Shown: piece after piece, positions 61,490-64,000 of the stretch
How the letters are laid out: every line of letters begins with the position of its first letter
Position numbering within the stretch: position 1 is the first letter of the stretch
IMG/VR virus record: IMGVR_UViG_2681812962_000001
Coordinates: 1-64,000 of that record
DNA: 64,000 nucleotides
Origin: a virus
Lineage: Duplodnaviria > Caudoviricetes
Strand: one strand, 5' to 3'
Program-made: the position numbers and the translations under genes
Notes under the pieces: generated by a model
What the model was told of the DNA's origin: nothing
The model's input: only the letters and a program-made list of their open reading frames with translations
The model's database searches: none

Positions 61490-61885
61490 AATAAAAAAAG
61501 AGGCTAATTATTAGCTTCTTTTTTTATTTTACTTGTCGATAATTTGATGGAAAAAGAACAAATTATATCAAATTTATTTGGCGCTTATAGAGAGGAATGA
61601 TTAGAAATGAGCTACGTTGAAGGGCATAAAATAACAAGCAATAAACAATAGTAGCCAGACTATACTGAAATAACCCTGATTAAAGAAGCTAAAGCTGTGT
61701 ACTGCTCTTTTTAACACAAACAATAGCTTAGTAAATGAATGCTGATGGAGTATTTTTGATTAACAATATTGATAAAAAGTGAATTTTATCGCATAGATCA
61801 TTAGCATATTTTTTAATACCGTTATGCTAATCCACCTCATTATTTTTACCACGCATACACTATTATTAGGAAAGAGGTGGAAAAT

Positions 61886-62327
61886 ATGAATAGAGGAAAC
61901 CCATTTAAGCGGAGAAGGTATTGGAGAGAACAGAAAGACTGTCCATGCCCTGTGGCCCATTGTGAAGCAAGTGAGTGTGAAGAGCGAAGAGAAGCATTTT
62001 CTTCTGGAGGAACTTATATTGCAGACAATCCTAGTATAGGACTTGTTGAATATTATAAGCGAACTGACTAGCTTTTATAAATGCAAAATGTGTACAGAGA
62101 TACCTGGATTTTCACTGGCAACAGTAGATCAGTTAGCCATAGCTGCTGGGGATTTTTTGACTAATGGAGAACCTTTATGTCCAATGTTAATTTGGGCGCA
62201 ACGTAATGGTATGCCTGTACTCGTACGTGTTGATCCATCAAGCTCTAGTCCAATAGTTGAAATTAACGAGAAGATTTCCCACAAATGTTTAGCTTACAGT
62301 GTGTGTTCTAGAGTACTTGTGCCATAG
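61886..62327 (+). pseudogene. Cys-rich protein paralog 1 (frameshift near 62056)
   Basis: Two overlapping ORFs together align end to end with paralog 2. Confidence 0.65.
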
Positions 62328-62568
62328 TCAGCCGTGAATAATCGGCTAACTTAATCCGAGTGAACAAAGTAGAACAAAATAAGTAAATTAAAAAAGGAAA
62401 ATATCGCCTTAGTTTTTTGTACCATGAATATATTTCAATAAAGTTGAAGTTAGGCTCTTTCGTTCAAGGGTCTAACGGTTAATTAGCACACATTCTTTGA
62501 TATCATTATGAAGTCAACTTCCATAATGGGAACCACTCATAAATAGTAATGAGGAAAGAGGTGAGAAA

Positions 62569-63005
62569 ATGACTCGAGGAAATCCCTTTAAACAAAGAAG
62601 ATATCTGAGAGAACAGAAAGGCTGTCCGTGCCCTGTAACCCCTTGCGAATCACTTGAGTGTGAAGAGCCTCGGGATGATTTTGAATCTGAAAATCCACAC
62701 TTTTGGCAAAATCCTGATCCATTAGGAGTTAACTTAAACTTTTATTTTGTTAATGAGTTGTCAGGATTTGAACCATGTACAGAACTTCCTGGGTATGACC
62801 GCCCGTGCTTTCAGAGATAATCCAAATTAGTTCATCATTTCAAGTTGATGGTTGCTTCTTATGTCCTATGCTGGTATGGATTACGAACAATGGCATCCCA
62901 ACTCTAGTGTTATTATCTCCTGATAGCAATAGCCCCGTTAGAATATTAGCTACACCTTCCTTAACTTGTCGTGCTTATAAAGTATGTGTTCGACCTGTTT
63001 TATAA
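62569..63005 (+). pseudogene. Cys-rich protein paralog 2 (frameshift near 62806)
   Basis: RGNPFKxRRYxREQKxCPCP..CTExPG..LCPMLxW..AYxVCxR shared with paralog 1. Confidence 0.65.
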
Positions 63006-63264
63006 CACGCCAATGCTTACCGGCTTGTCTACATATATATAAGTAAAACTATCTTTTTATTTGTAGGAGGAGCAAGACATAGAAGGCAATAGATATAGGA
63101 AACTTAAAGGGAAAGTCTTTTCTCACAGCGTATTTCTCCCAAGCAATCCTAAATACTCGTGTAGTTTTAAGTCACTGTCCCCATCATGCCACTCAGATAT
63201 TCTATAGTAAACATTATCGTTAGTGAGTTTCATACTTACAATCTTTTCTTGATCAATGTAGATT

Positions 63265-63668
63265 CTAATTGGTATTCTTACGTCTTTTAATACTTCTAGA
63301 ATCGTTTACCTTTCCCCAGTCGAACAAATCCACTTCTTTTGCTTGTTCACTATTAATAGATCGTACGCTACCATCTTCTTTCAGTATCTGGTACGATATT
63401 ATTGTTTTGAATACATTCTCTTCTCTTAATATGTACGGATATATCTTTCCAGTTTTGTTTTCAACAACATATCCTTGAAATTCGTTAAACCTAGGATGCT
63501 CTTTAAAAATAATTGTTGGATTGCTTTTAGAGCGAAACCAATTTAGTAGCTTATTTTAAGTAAGTACGCTACGATAGCAAGTACTATAGCTGTAACAAGT
63601 CCACCTACAGCACTTACTATAATCTGATCAAGTAAAGTGAGCTTTGTTTTTATTAGATAAGATAGCAT
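63265..63668 (-). pseudogene. Frameshifted membrane-anchored protein gene
   Basis: MLSYLIK..TM segment, 1-nt loss in an A-run near 63555, then open frame ..NKLLNWFRS..NTN*. Confidence 0.5.
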
Positions 63669-64000
63669 TATAATTATCCCTTCTATAATGGTGTTGCTAC
63701 TAATATAACATTAAGCCTCTCTTCCTTCTTGGTAAAGATAAATTCTGAAAGGAAGGCAGGATTTTTATACCCAAATATCAAAGAATCTTTTCAGCCGTGG
63801 ACTTATACGATTGAGTTGCCAGGCGCTACTATGACCAATGACACGCTCTGGCATTCCTATGCAATAGATTCAGGAAAAAAGGTTTTGAACTTTATTAGAG
63901 AGTAAAAAAGAGCGACTATTTTAGTCGCTCTAGTTGTTTTTGTGGTTTTCTGAATTGTTCTTCGAACATATCTCTAAAACTTTAAGAAGATATTGACATA

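Noticed and set aside
61886-63005. Diversity-generating retroelement or programmed frameshifting in the Cys-rich pair
   Set aside because: No reverse transcriptase, no adenine-specific TR/VR pair, and frameshift sites are neither shared nor slippery

Overview
The window is almost entirely a large SPbeta-like (Bacillaceae) temperate phage or prophage. Positions 1-45.9 kb (minus strand) hold an apparently intact late region collinear with SPbeta yonP..yomD: lysis, tail, tape measure, head and terminase genes, plus HU. From 46 kb (mostly plus strand) come an XRE regulator, RecD2 helicase, a Rep-like gene with an origin-like repeat cluster, a dif-like palindrome, a yonT/yoyJ type I TA locus, three HEPN-domain genes, the yopP-yopQ-yopR(mrpR) repression module and several decayed genes. 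The main hidden feature is that the tape-measure gene is split by a 231-nt ORF-less group I intron (20380-20610), with P1/P10, P7, P8, P9 and omega-G all readable. Directly upstream is a free-standing ~745-aa modular nuclease gene bracketed by a 43-bp duplication of the tape-measure start, a candidate collaborative-homing system. Other unannotated signals are a CCC-UAA +1 frameshift in the major tail gene, AUU/AUA/CUG starts on low-copy genes, a sigma-like gene in place of the YonO RNA polymerase, two families of repeated operator-like motifs, and a GC-rich structured RNA candidate after mrpR. Homolog names come from my recall of SPbeta protein sequences and gene order, not from a database search.
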